Shown here one piece after another: positions 1 through 9,439 of a stretch of DNA of 32,000 nt. Position 1 is the stretch's first letter; each line of letters opens with the position of its first letter. The position numbers were made by a program, and so were the translations under genes. The notes under the pieces were generated by a model that had not been told where the DNA came from, did not search any database, and worked only from the letters and a program-made list of their open reading frames with translations. The stretch comes from Synechocystis sp. PCC 6803 substr. PCC-P. Its GTDB lineage: Bacteria; Cyanobacteriota; Cyanobacteriia; Cyanobacteriales; Microcystaceae. The stretch lies in assembly GCF_000284455.1 (NCBI RefSeq), contig NC_017039.1, positions 2,130,001 to 2,162,000 on the forward strand, in the 5' to 3' direction.

Positions 1-83
1 GTTTTAATCAAGTATGCCAAGAAAATCGAGGGTTTTTGCTCGGTCAGTATGGGAACAGGAGCCATAGCAACCAGCCGACAATG

Positions 84-284
84 TCAGGAAAGGCCCCCTA
101 ACTCAGAAGCAGATTGCTGGCGGTGTAGAATTTGCATAATCACCGCTTTAGCGTCCTCTAGGGCAAGGTTAGTATCCTGGTTTTTGTAGGCTATGCCGAG
201 TTGGTCGCACAGGTCGAAAACCGACTGCACAGTCAGATCGTACTCTGTGGCAATGGACTGAATCGACAGATCCGCAAACCCCAT
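84..284 (-). CDS. Small conserved-type hypothetical protein (66 aa), faint resemblance to an IF-2 N-terminal/HTH-like domain
   Basis: ORF MGFADLSIQSIATEYDLTVQSVFDLCDQLGIAYKNQ... has a helix-turn-helix-like pattern (SIQSIATEYDLTVQSVFDLCDQLGI) and no competing ORF. Confidence 0.55.
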   Translation of the reverse strand: MGFADLSIQSIATEYDLTVQSVFDLCDQLGIAYKNQDTNLALEDAKAVIMQILHRQQSASELGGLS

Positions 285-541
285 AAAATTTAATTGCTAT
301 GGTTTACCGAAAGATTGAGCGGTATAACTATCATGCCATTCTCGGTTCCCTTTGCCACAGCCTGCCGCCGGGGATCTAACCGAGATATGCTGTGCCCTAT
401 GCCATTGCTGGAAAAGATCCCGCCGCATTTGGGGGCTTTGGGCCGTTGGAAGCTCTGAATTTGGTTAAAATCGTCACCCCAGGGTAGGGATGTGTTGATT
501 AAGATATATTAAGCCCAACTTCCCATCACCCCTAATCAACC

Positions 542-1372
542 TTGTCCACTGCCTATCTGTTGGTTGCCCACGGTAGCCGTGATCCCCGTCCCCAGATCGC
601 CCTCGATCGCCTGACTTACCTAGTGGGTCAATTTTTACCCAGACCCCGCCCCCTGGAAAGCAAGAAAGGGTTAGCTAAGCGCAATGGGGCGGAAACTTGG
701 CGGGCGTATTATTCCGGAGGATTATTAACGGAGGTAAATCAGGGGAAGCAACTGGAACCGCCGGTGTTTAGTGCCAGCTTGGAGGCCCAGGCGTTACCTC
801 TCCATCAACAGTTGGTAAACTTAGCCGAAAACCTGATTCCCCAGGGGGTCAAACGGATTGTCATTCTGCCCCTGTTTCTGCTTATGGGAGTACATACCTG
901 TGAAGACTTGCCCCAGGCCATTGCCCAGGCCAAAGCGGAGTTGGGTAATAGCATCTCCATTCACTGTTTGCCCATTTTGGGGGTTTATCCCTGGCTACCA
1001 GCCTTACTAGAAAAGTCTTTCCTGCAGTACCAAAACCAACCCCAGGCGGAGAGAATCCTCTTGGCCCACGGTAGTAAACGGGCCGGTGGTAATTTGGCGA
1101 TCGCCACGGTGGCGGAAAAATTAGGGGCCAGGGCAGCCTACTGGAAAGGGGGCATTAGTTTGAACACCGTCCTGGGGGAAATTAAGACGCCGGGGGAAGT
1201 TGTGATTTTGCCTTACTTTCTATTTGCCGGAGGATTGACAGACCTGATCAGAAAAGAGCGGGAACAACTCCAATTGGTCCATGGCCAGCTCCGCCTGCAA
1301 TTGGGGGAACCCCTGGGGCCCCAACCGTTGCTGGCCCAGTTAATTGCCACGGAACTACAGCGTTTTAACTAG
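542..1372 (+). CDS. Sirohydrochlorin chelatase, CbiX/SirB family (two-half enzyme)
   Basis: TTG start. Two repeated 'AHGS' motifs (LLVAHGSRDPRPQIAL and ERILLAHGSKRAGGN) are typical of CbiX/SirB two-domain proteins. Confidence 0.85.
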   Translation: MSTAYLLVAHGSRDPRPQIALDRLTYLVGQFLPRPRPLESKKGLAKRNGAETWRAYYSGGLLTEVNQGKQLEPPVFSASLEAQALPLHQQLVNLAENLIPQGVKRIVILPLFLLMGVHTCEDLPQAIAQAKAELGNSISIHCLPILGVYPWLPALLEKSFLQYQNQPQAERILLAHGSKRAGGNLAIATVAEKLGARAAYWKGGISLNTVLGEIKTPGEVVILPYFLFAGGLTDLIRKEREQLQLVHGQLRLQLGEPLGPQPLLAQLIATELQRFN

Positions 1373-1375
1373 GTT

Positions 1376-1855
1376 TTAACTAGGGGGCAATAGCTCTTTT
1401 AAATCCATGGCCCAGTCCTGGGCTGTCAGGGCGATGCTCCTTCCTTCTCCTTGGTGGCACAGTTGAATTTGTAAATACTGACTTGGTAGTTGCGGTAATC
1501 TTTCCGGCCACTCGACCGCGGTAATACCCAAGGGAAAATCTTCCCCTTGCCAATATTGTTCCGGGTATAAATACTCGACTTCAAGGGTGTTAAGTCGATA
1601 CAAATCCAGATGGTAAAGGGGCATCTTACCTTCCCGATACTCATTAACAATGGTGAAAGTGGGACTGACAATTTCCCCCGTAATGCCCAACCCCCGGCCA
1701 AGGCCCTGGACTAAGCTAGTTTTCCCCGCTCCCAAATCCCCCTGCAACAAAATAATGGTGCCCAGCGGTAACTGTTGGGCCAATTGTTGTCCCCATTGAT
1801 CGGTAGCATTTAGGTCAGGGAGAAAAAATTCCATGGAGTTTTCATTCATCGGCAA
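1376..1855 (-). CDS. tsaE: tRNA threonylcarbamoyladenosine biosynthesis ATPase TsaE (YjeE family)
   Basis: Walker A GDLGAGKTSLVQGLGRGLG followed by VSPTFTIVNEY and LYHLDLYRL, diagnostic of TsaE. Confidence 0.93.
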   Translation of the reverse strand: MPMNENSMEFFLPDLNATDQWGQQLAQQLPLGTIILLQGDLGAGKTSLVQGLGRGLGITGEIVSPTFTIVNEYREGKMPLYHLDLYRLNTLEVEYLYPEQYWQGEDFPLGITAVEWPERLPQLPSQYLQIQLCHQGEGRSIALTAQDWAMDLKELLPPS

Positions 1856-2028
1856 ATGGGAAACGTTTTAAGAATATTTGGACGAGTTTTATGGGGATGG
1901 GGCCGCCTTGGCAATGCTGACCCCTAGGCCTACCAAAATTTGTTAAGCTTTGTATCTAATTAGAGCCAATCTGTAACATTTTTTGACAGATCCAGTCCAG
2001 GCGTTCATCCTTTCCCTACTCCGCCATT

Positions 2029-4980
2029 ATGCCCAACCTAGAGCCCGCCGTTGTTGTCCCTACCTCCGAGGCGATCGCCGTTGACCTGACTAAGCTAGAG
2101 GAGAAGTTAGCTCCGGCGGATAGTTTTTTGGATCGTCACTTGGGCCCCGGAGAAACGGAACAGCGGCAAATGCTCCAGACACTGGGTTTTGATACTTTGG
2201 GGGATTTGATTGACCAAGCCGTGCCCCCGGCCATTCGCTTTCCCCGGTCTTTGCAACTACCAGCTTCCCAAAGTGAGTATGGGGCGATCGCCCAACTGAA
2301 ATCCATTGCCTCCAAAAATCAAGTTTTTCGCTCCTATATTGGCATGGGGTACTACGACACCATCACCCCGCCGGTTATCCAACGGAACATTTTAGAAAAC
2401 CCCGGTTGGTACACAGCCTATACCCCCTACCAAGCGGAAATTGCCCAGGGTCGGTTGGAAGCGCTGTTGAATTTTCAAACCATGGTGATGGATTTAACCG
2501 GGCTGGAAATTGCCAATGCTTCTTTGTTGGATGAAGGTACCGCCGCCGCTGAAGCCATGGCCCTGAGTTATGGGGTCAGCAAAAGTAAAGCCAATGCTTT
2601 TTTCGTTGCCCAGGACTGCCATCCCCAAACCATTGAGGTGATTAAAACCCGGGCCAATCCCCTCGGTATTGAAGTAATTGTCGGCGACCATCATACTTTT
2701 TCCTTTTCTACGTCCATTTTCGGCGCTTTACTGCAATACCCTGCCACCGATGGGGCTGTTTATGATTACCGTAGTTTCATTGACAAAGCCCATCAACACC
2801 AAGCCTTGGTTACCCTGGCCGCCGACCCCCTCAGTCTGACCCTGCTCACTCCCCCCGGTGAATTGGGGGCTGACATTGCGGTGGGCAGTACCCAGAGGTT
2901 TGGCATTCCCTTGGGTTACGGTGGGCCCCACGCCGCCTACTTTGCCACCAAGGCCGAATATCAGCGGAAAATGCCGGGACGCATTGTGGGGGTTTCCAAG
3001 GATGCCCATGGTAACCCCGCTCTCCGTTTAGCGCTGCAAACCAGGGAACAACATATCCGTCGGGACAAGGCCACTAGTAATATCTGTACTGCCCAGGTTC
3101 TCTTGGCAGTGATGGCTTCTATGTATGGGGTGTACCACGGTTCCACGGGGCTAAAAAATATTGCCCTGAGAATTCACCAGTTGACGGTCCTATTGGCGAT
3201 CGGCTTAAAGCGGTTAAATTACAGTCTCAATAATGATTACTTTTTCGATACCCTGCGGGTGGGGGTAGGGGAACAGAGTGCTCCAGCCATTTTGAAAGCG
3301 GCGGAAGGGCGGGGAATTAATCTGCGGCCCCTGGTCCCTGGGGAAGTGGGCATTAGCTTGGATGAAACGGTGACGGTGCAGGATCTGCTTGACCTGTGGC
3401 AAGTTTTTGCTGGTAAGGATAATTTACCCTTTACACCGGAGGAACTGTGGTCGGAAGTTAAAACGAGCTTTCCCGCCGATTTAACCCGTCAGAGTCTATA
3501 CCTACAGGATGCAGTTTTTAATCAGTACCATTCCGAAACCGAGTTACTGCGTTATTTGCATCAATTAGAAAGCAAAGATTTAGCCCTAAACACTTCCATG
3601 ATTCCGTTGGGTTCCTGCACGATGAAACTCAACGCCACAGCGGAAATGATGCCGGTTACTTGGCCTGAATTTGGCAAAATTCACCCCTTTGCCCCCGCTG
3701 GTCAAACGGAAGGTTATCAGATTTTATTTGCCCAATTGGAAGCCTGGTTGGGGGAAATCACCGGTTTTGATGCCATTTCTTTGCAACCTAATGCCGGTTC
3801 CCAAGGAGAATATGCGGGTTTGCAGGTGATCCGTCAGTATCACCTCAGTCGGGGTGAGGAACAACGCAATATTTGTTTAATCCCTGAATCGGCCCACGGC
3901 ACCAATCCAGCCAGTGCGGTGATGTGTGGCATGCAGGTGGTCCCGGTTAAGTGCGACGGGGAAGGCAACATCGATGTGGAAGATTTGACCAGTAAAGCAG
4001 AAAAGTACGGCGATCGCCTGGCGGCGTTAATGGTGACCTATCCTTCTACCCATGGGGTATTTGAAGCCACCATCGGAACTATTTGCGACATTGTGCATCG
4101 TTTTGGCGGCGAGGTTTACATGGATGGGGCCAATATGAATGCCCAGGTGGGACTGTGCCGTCCGGCTGATTTTGGGGCGGATGTGTGCCATCTCAATTTA
4201 CACAAGACTTTTTGCATTCCCCACGGCGGTGGCGGCCCCGGTATGGGCCCCATTGGGGTTAAATCCCATTTGCAGGCATTTTTACCCCGGACTAGTTTAA
4301 ATTCGACTGCTGAACTCCAAGCAGAAGACCAATCCATTGGCATGATTTCCGCTGCCCCTTACGGCAGTGCCAGTATCTTGGTTATTTCTTGGATGTACAT
4401 TGCCATGATGGGCCCCCAGGGTTTAACCAAGGCAACGGAGGTGGCCATTCTCAGTGCCAATTACATGGCAAAGCGGCTGGAAAATTATTACCCCATTTTA
4501 TTCAGGGGCAATAATGAGTTAGTGGCCCATGAATGCATTCTCGATCTGCGTCCCCTGAAGAAACAAGCGGCGATCGAGGTCGAAGATGTGGCCAAACGCC
4601 TCATGGATTTTGGTTTCCATGCCCCCACGGTGTCCTGGCCGGTGCTGGGTACCATGATGGTGGAGCCGACGGAGAGTGAATCCCTAGGGGAGTTAGACCG
4701 TTTTTGTGATGCCATGATTGCCATTTACCAAGAAGCTCAGGCGATCACCCATGGAGAAATTGATCCCGCTGATAACCCGTTGAAAAATGCTCCCCATACG
4801 GCCCAATCCCTCATCTGTGGCGAATGGAACCATCCCTACAGCCAGGAAGAAGCTGCTTACCCTGCTCCTTGGACTAAGCAGTTTAAATTTTGGCCCGCCG
4901 TTGGCCGCATTAATAATACCTACGGTGATCGCCATTTAGTTTGCTCCTGTGAAGGTATGGAGGCTTATAAGGAAGGATAG
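2029..4980 (+). CDS. gcvP: Glycine dehydrogenase (decarboxylating), P-protein
   Basis: 983 aa. Contains [23 protein letters not shown] (PLP-lysine region), [15 protein letters not shown], and [13 protein letters not shown]. Confidence 0.98.
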
Positions 4981-5000
4981 CCCAGGTAGCTTTATCCTAG

Positions 5001-5040
5001 AGAGATCGTCACTTGTGAAGGATTAATGAGGCGATCTCTA
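5001..5040. repeat. Inverted repeat (AGAGATCGTC ... GGCGATCTCT) between gcvP and the cassette
   Basis: 10-bp arms with one T:G wobble, separated by 20 nt and located just after the gcvP stop. No good T-tract, so terminator function is uncertain. Confidence 0.5.
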
Positions 5041-5079
5041 AAATGCTAGACTGAGAAACTGTAGTAAGAAATTCTGATT

Positions 5080-5565
5080 TTGAGTATGACGAAGAAAGAG
5101 GCTCTTACCTTCGCTCAAGGCTTGGGGTGGACAAAGGCTGATGCGGAAAGGGCTTATCAAGCTTTAAATGTTAATTTCTCCGACCTTCAATCCACCCTCG
5201 ATTATTACAAACATGAGTACGGTATTGAGGATGTAACAGACCGAGATATAGCTGTTCTTTCACTCGTACTAGCAGATTTCGCAGGCGAGGTTTTGCTGGA
5301 TAGGCAAAGGAAACAAGCTGCACAACAAGGTGAAGTAACAAAAAAGAAAAATAAAATCAAAGAAATCGAACAGAGTCACGCCCAAGAAATTGCTGATTTT
5401 AAAAAAAGCTTCCACGAGCAACACAGTGCATTAATGGAGCTTTTGATAAAGGTTTATAGCACGGCGAAAAGATTCGGTCTAAAACCGGAACCGTGGATTG
5501 AAGCTATGATTGATGCTTATGAGGAGGCAAAAATTGGAACTGATAACTCGCAAACAGTTGCTTGA
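5080..5565 (+). CDS. Hypothetical charged/coiled-coil protein (161 aa), first gene of overlapping HNH cassette
   Basis: Complete ORF with a heptad-like charged middle region (KKKNKIKEIEQSHAQEIADFKKSFHEQHSALMELL). No family recognised. Confidence 0.75.
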   Translation: MSMTKKEALTFAQGLGWTKADAERAYQALNVNFSDLQSTLDYYKHEYGIEDVTDRDIAVLSLVLADFAGEVLLDRQRKQAAQQGEVTKKKNKIKEIEQSHAQEIADFKKSFHEQHSALMELLIKVYSTAKRFGLKPEPWIEAMIDAYEEAKIGTDNSQTVA

Positions 5566-5908
5566 ACTTGGATTGACAAGTTATCAAGCTCAGCGGATAA
5601 CTAAAGAACTTAAGCCGATTTCAAAAACAAAAAGAGGTAAAAATTACAATATTCAAGAGGTAATTTTATCGATTAATACCTTACTTGAAAATAAGAGGAT
5701 TCAGAAAAGAACAAGAACAAGTTTGAAAAAAGTAATAGATATATTGATCCCCACTCTTGACAATATCATACCTATTAGTTTTACTCAGGAAAACACATCT
5801 GAATTACAACAACTAGCACAGCAAGCATTAACTACAACCTTAGAAGTAAATCGTAAGCTAGCTAAGTTAGAAAGGCGTTCATTAGAAATTAAAGGACGAT
5901 ATGAATGA
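5534..5908 (+). CDS. Small HTH-like protein (about 124 aa), second gene of cassette; likely TTG start inside gene 1
   Basis: The sequence GAGGAGG-caaaaa-TTG places a strong Shine-Dalgarno before TTG at 5534, in frame with the listed 5510..5908 ORF. The N-terminus ITRKQLLELGLTSYQAQRITKEL...YNIQEVI resembles an excisionase/MerR-type HTH. Confidence 0.7.
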   Translation: MELITRKQLLELGLTSYQAQRITKELKPISKTKRGKNYNIQEVILSINTLLENKRIQKRTRTSLKKVIDILIPTLDNIIPISFTQENTSELQQLAQQALTTTLEVNRKLAKLERRSLEIKGRYE

Positions 5909-6266
5909 AGATTTAGATAATGACTTCCAAAAATTGTATGAAAAATACAAGCTAGCTCGCCGAAAATTTTGCCATGATCTAGAAAAGCTTCAGCGAAGGG
6001 AGGAAAATATAAGGGGTTATTATACTCCTCGAAATGTATTTAATCGTTGGCGAGACTCAATAGAAGGAAAAAAATGGAAACAAAATCAATATGAAAAACA
6101 GCAAGGAAAATGTGCTTGCTTTGGTTGTGCTTTTGTCGCTCAAAGCCCGGAATATCTTGAAATAGATCACATAAAACCTATTGCAACTCATCCCGAATTA
6201 TCTGTTAATATAAAAAACTTAAGATTGCTTTGCCCTCCCTGCAATAAAAGAAAAGGGGGGAGATAA
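5901..6266 (+). CDS. HNH endonuclease domain protein (121 aa)
   Basis: CFGC...LEIDHIKPIATHPELSVNIKNLRLLCPPCNKRKGG matches the HNH motif with two CxxC zinc pairs. Its ATG overlaps the gene 2 stop (ATGAATGA) and has AAAGGA upstream. Confidence 0.9.
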   Translation: MNEDLDNDFQKLYEKYKLARRKFCHDLEKLQRREENIRGYYTPRNVFNRWRDSIEGKKWKQNQYEKQQGKCACFGCAFVAQSPEYLEIDHIKPIATHPELSVNIKNLRLLCPPCNKRKGGR

Positions 6267-6322
6267 ATTATTAAACTACTATTTTATTTTTTGTAAAACC
6301 TTTACATTACCTTGGAGGTGGA

Positions 6323-6448
6323 ATGACTATTGAAGAGGTTTTGGATGATTTCCCTGATCTCACTCCAGAAGATATCCAGGCTTGTTTTGCCTTTGCTGCT
6401 GATCGTGATCGTCGCCTCATGGTTGTTCCTGATGAAATTGCTGTTTGA
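6323..6448 (+). pseudogene. C-terminal remnant of a DUF433-family antitoxin
   Basis: Reads MTIEEVLDDFPDLTPEDIQACFAFAADRDRRLMVV, matching the conserved C-terminal half of DUF433 proteins. The in-frame upstream GGG is kept but the N-terminal half is missing. Confidence 0.8.
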
Positions 6449-6488
6449 TGAAAATTTCTCGCGCAATTCTGATTCAGTGTTGATCTGA
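6432..6488 (+). pseudogene. N-terminal stub of a DUF5615 (PIN-like) toxin
   Basis: ATG overlapping the DUF433 remnant encodes MKLLFDENFS, the characteristic DUF5615 start. It then diverges to RNSDSVLI and a stop. Confidence 0.75.
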
Positions 6489-6549
6489 AATTAATTGTTG
6501 GAGCCGCAGCTAATTAGAAGCTAATCTGCACTCGAATGAAGATGAAAAC

Positions 6550-6969
6550 CTATCGTGAAAAATGCTGTTTCACCACATCCCAGGGGGAACAATCCCAATA
6601 ATCGATGTGGGAAATGATTAACCCAGCTTCATTTAGGGTTAATTCACTGCAGCCGCTGATGGCAATTCTCGGTTTCCAGGGCAGGGGAGAAGTCCAGTTC
6701 AAGGTCCAACGGGTGGTAATTTCCTGGTTCACCTGGGTAATCTCGTGGAGCTGTAGGTCGATCGCCTGAAACCAACGACCCAAGAATTGGATCATCTTTT
6801 CGTATCGAGCCAAACCCCGAAATTGGCTTAAAGGATCTTGAAAATAAACGTTTGGGTCATAGATGCTGAAGGTTTGGTGCCAGGGAAAATTGGCGTAGTC
6901 CTGTTGCAGAATGGTCAGAATGCGATCATTGGAGGTCATTTTGGGGCTTTCCATTGTCGGCGGTAACAT
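6550..6969 (-). CDS. DUF2358-type conserved cyanobacterial/plastid protein (SnoaL/NTF2-like fold suspected)
   Basis: Contains LQQDYANFPWHQTFSIYDPNVYFQDPLSQFRGLARYEKMIQFLGRWF, a DUF2358-like pattern. The real start may be the second Met. Confidence 0.7.
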   Translation of the reverse strand: MLPPTMESPKMTSNDRILTILQQDYANFPWHQTFSIYDPNVYFQDPLSQFRGLARYEKMIQFLGRWFQAIDLQLHEITQVNQEITTRWTLNWTSPLPWKPRIAISGCSELTLNEAGLIISHIDYWDCSPWDVVKQHFSR

Positions 6970-7019
6970 TGACTGGTTTAATTTTGTTAAGTTTATTTGA
7001 CATTTAGGAGGAAAAGGTT

Positions 7020-8222
7020 TTGTCTAAGCAATCGATCGCCAATTTGACGGAGGCAGACCTCGCAGGGAAACGGGTTTTTGTCCGGGTAGATTTTAATGTG
7101 CCCCTAGATAACGGCAGCATCACCGACGACACCAGGATTCGGGCAGCCTTACCCACCATCAAAGACCTGTTGAGCAAAGGCGCCAAAGTTATTTTGGGCA
7201 GTCATTTTGGCCGTCCCAAGGGCAAAGTAGTGGACAGCATGCGCCTCACCCCCGTTGGCGATCGCCTAGGGGAATTATTGGGCCAGCCGGTGGTCAAATG
7301 CGACGATTGCATTGGTGCTGAAGTTACAGCCAAAATTGCTAGCCTACCCAATGGTGGTGTGGCCCTGTTGGAAAATCTCCGCTTCCATGCCGGGGAAGAA
7401 GGTAACGATGCTGAATTTGCCAAAGCTTTAGCGGCCAACGCCGACCTCTACGTTAACGATGCCTTTGGTACTGCCCACCGGGCCCACGCTTCCACCGAAG
7501 GGGTCACCCATTTCCTCAGCCCCAACGTTGCTGGTTACCTAATCGAAAAGGAATTACAGTTCCTCCAAGGAGCCATCGAAGCCCCCAAACGTCCCCTAGT
7601 GGCGATCGTGGGAGGTTCCAAAGTGTCCAGTAAAATCGGTGTGATCGAAACCCTATTGGACAAGTGCGATAAGTTGATCATCGGCGGCGGCATGATTTTC
7701 ACCTTCTACAAAGCCCAAGGTTTAAACACCGGCAAATCCCTGGTGGAAGAAGACAAATTGGACTTGGCCAAATCCCTCATGGCTAAAGCCAAAGAAAAAG
7801 GCGTGGAATTTCTCCTGCCCACGGACGTAGTAGTGGCCGACAACTTTGCCCCCGATGCCAATGCCCAAACCGTTGGTGTCGATGCAATTCCCGATGGTTG
7901 GATGGGTCTAGACATTGGTCCCGACTCCGTCAAAACCTTCCAGGATGCCCTCGCTGGTTGTGGCACTGTCATCTGGAACGGCCCCATGGGGGTATTTGAA
8001 TTTGACAAATTTGCCGTTGGTACCGAGGCGATCGCCTGCAGCTTGGCTGAATTGACCGCCAGTGGCACTGTCACCATCATCGGTGGTGGAGATTCTGTCG
8101 CCGCAGTGGAAAAAGTGGGAGTGGCCGAAAAAATGAGCCATATTTCCACCGGTGGGGGCGCTAGCCTGGAATTGCTAGAAGGTAAAGTTCTGCCCGGCAT
8201 TGCCGCTTTAGATGACCGATAA
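7020..8222 (+). CDS. pgk: Phosphoglycerate kinase
   Basis: TTG start preceded by GGAGG. Contains [35 protein letters not shown], and the GPMGVFE and [11 protein letters not shown] motifs. Confidence 0.98.
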
Positions 8223-8351
8223 ATTCCCCTAGATGATACTGGAAAAAGATTTTTCTCGTCAGTTTGCAGACTGGACCACGGGATAACTTTTTTCACTAGA
8301 TGAATGGATTCTTTTCATCTTAGAACGCTGAAAAACTCCTCAGAAATTAAC

Positions 8352-8386
8352 CGGGAAGATGGATGAAAATCTGTCCTCCCGTTTTT
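8352..8386 (+). terminator. Candidate rho-independent terminator of pgk
   Basis: CGGGAAGATG ... TGTCCTCCCG imperfect stem followed by TTTTT. Confidence 0.6.
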
Positions 8387-8490
8387 CATTATATCGCCCC
8401 GAGAAAAGTGCATCAATAACATTTTTGAATAATGGAGAGTGCTATAGCTAGGAATAGTTTATTATGCCAACTTTCCCCGAAAACTAACCT

Positions 8491-9420
8491 ATGCGACTAG
8501 AACAGTTACAGGCTTTTTTAAAAGTTGCAGAGCTAGGCAGTTTTCAACAGGCGGCATTACAATCGGAAGTCACCCAATCCACCATTAGTAGGCAAATTCA
8601 AGGTTTGGAATCTGCCCTCAAGTGCCAATTATTTCATCGGGGAGCCCAGGCTAAATTAACGGTGGCAGGGGAATTATTTCTGCGGCGGGCAAGGAAAATT
8701 TGTCAAGAATGGGATGTGGCTAGCGAAGAAATTAGTAGTCTTTTTCAAGGCAAACAAACGGAATTATGTGTGGCAGCAATTCACTCAGTTTGTGTCTCTT
8801 CCTTGCCTAGTTTATTGCCCAAATTTTGCCTGGGCCATCCCCAAATTCAACTACGGGTGACGGCCCTGGGGAGTGACCGGGCTTTGAAGGTTTTACAGGA
8901 TGGTTTGGTGGATGTGGCCATTATTATGAGCCATCGCAATTTAACTAATACCAAAGAGTTGGCTATTAAACCCCTCTATGAGGAGCAAATTTGTATTTTG
9001 ATGGCGAGCGATCATCCTCTGACAACAAAAAAATTTATCACCTGGGAAAATTTAGGCCCCTATCCCCAGGTTATTTTTAAAGATGGTTACCGGATGCGAC
9101 GACTGGTAGAAGATGAATTTAGTCGCCGGGAAATCCCCCTCAACGTTAGTTTAGAACTAAATATTCCTGAAGCCTTTTATGGGGTGGTACAGGGGAGCGA
9201 AATGATTGCCTTGATGCCCCAATCCTTGGTCACACCGGTGATTGATAATCCCAACTTTTCCGTGCGCTATTTATTTTGCCCAGAGTCCGGCGATCGCCAG
9301 GATTTTCGACGGCAAGTATCGGTGGTGACCACGGTGGATCGTTTGCAAATACCCCCCGTGGCCGAATTTTTCAATTTAGTAGTGGACCATTACCGCTGTG
9401 GAGCCTTGACAGTAAAATGA
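8491..9420 (+). CDS. ntcB: LysR-family transcriptional regulator, NtcB-like (nitrate assimilation regulator)
   Basis: N-terminal HTH MRLEQLQAFLKVAELGSFQQAALQSEVTQSTISRQIQGLESALKCQLFHR plus a substrate-binding domain. NtcB assignment rests on overall resemblance and Synechocystis gene order next to pgk. Confidence 0.8.
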   Translation: MRLEQLQAFLKVAELGSFQQAALQSEVTQSTISRQIQGLESALKCQLFHRGAQAKLTVAGELFLRRARKICQEWDVASEEISSLFQGKQTELCVAAIHSVCVSSLPSLLPKFCLGHPQIQLRVTALGSDRALKVLQDGLVDVAIIMSHRNLTNTKELAIKPLYEEQICILMASDHPLTTKKFITWENLGPYPQVIFKDGYRMRRLVEDEFSRREIPLNVSLELNIPEAFYGVVQGSEMIALMPQSLVTPVIDNPNFSVRYLFCPESGDRQDFRRQVSVVTTVDRLQIPPVAEFFNLVVDHYRCGALTVK

Positions 9421-9439
9421 CGGGTTTAAAACCTAACCC

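Noticed and set aside
1856-2028. Possible glycine riboswitch upstream of gcvP
   Set aside because: I looked for the conserved glycine aptamer elements and saw none convincing in this 173-nt gap. A covariance-model search (Infernal, Rfam glycine model) would settle it.
7706-8296. 196-aa minus-strand ORF antisense to pgk, and other antisense ORFs in pgk
   Set aside because: Shadow ORF of a strongly supported pgk gene. The Ser/Thr/Pro-rich low-complexity translation has no recognisable motif.
8387-8490. NtcA site upstream of the ntcB-like gene
   Set aside because: No exact GTA-N8-TAC found. GTGCATCAATAAC is too degenerate to claim.
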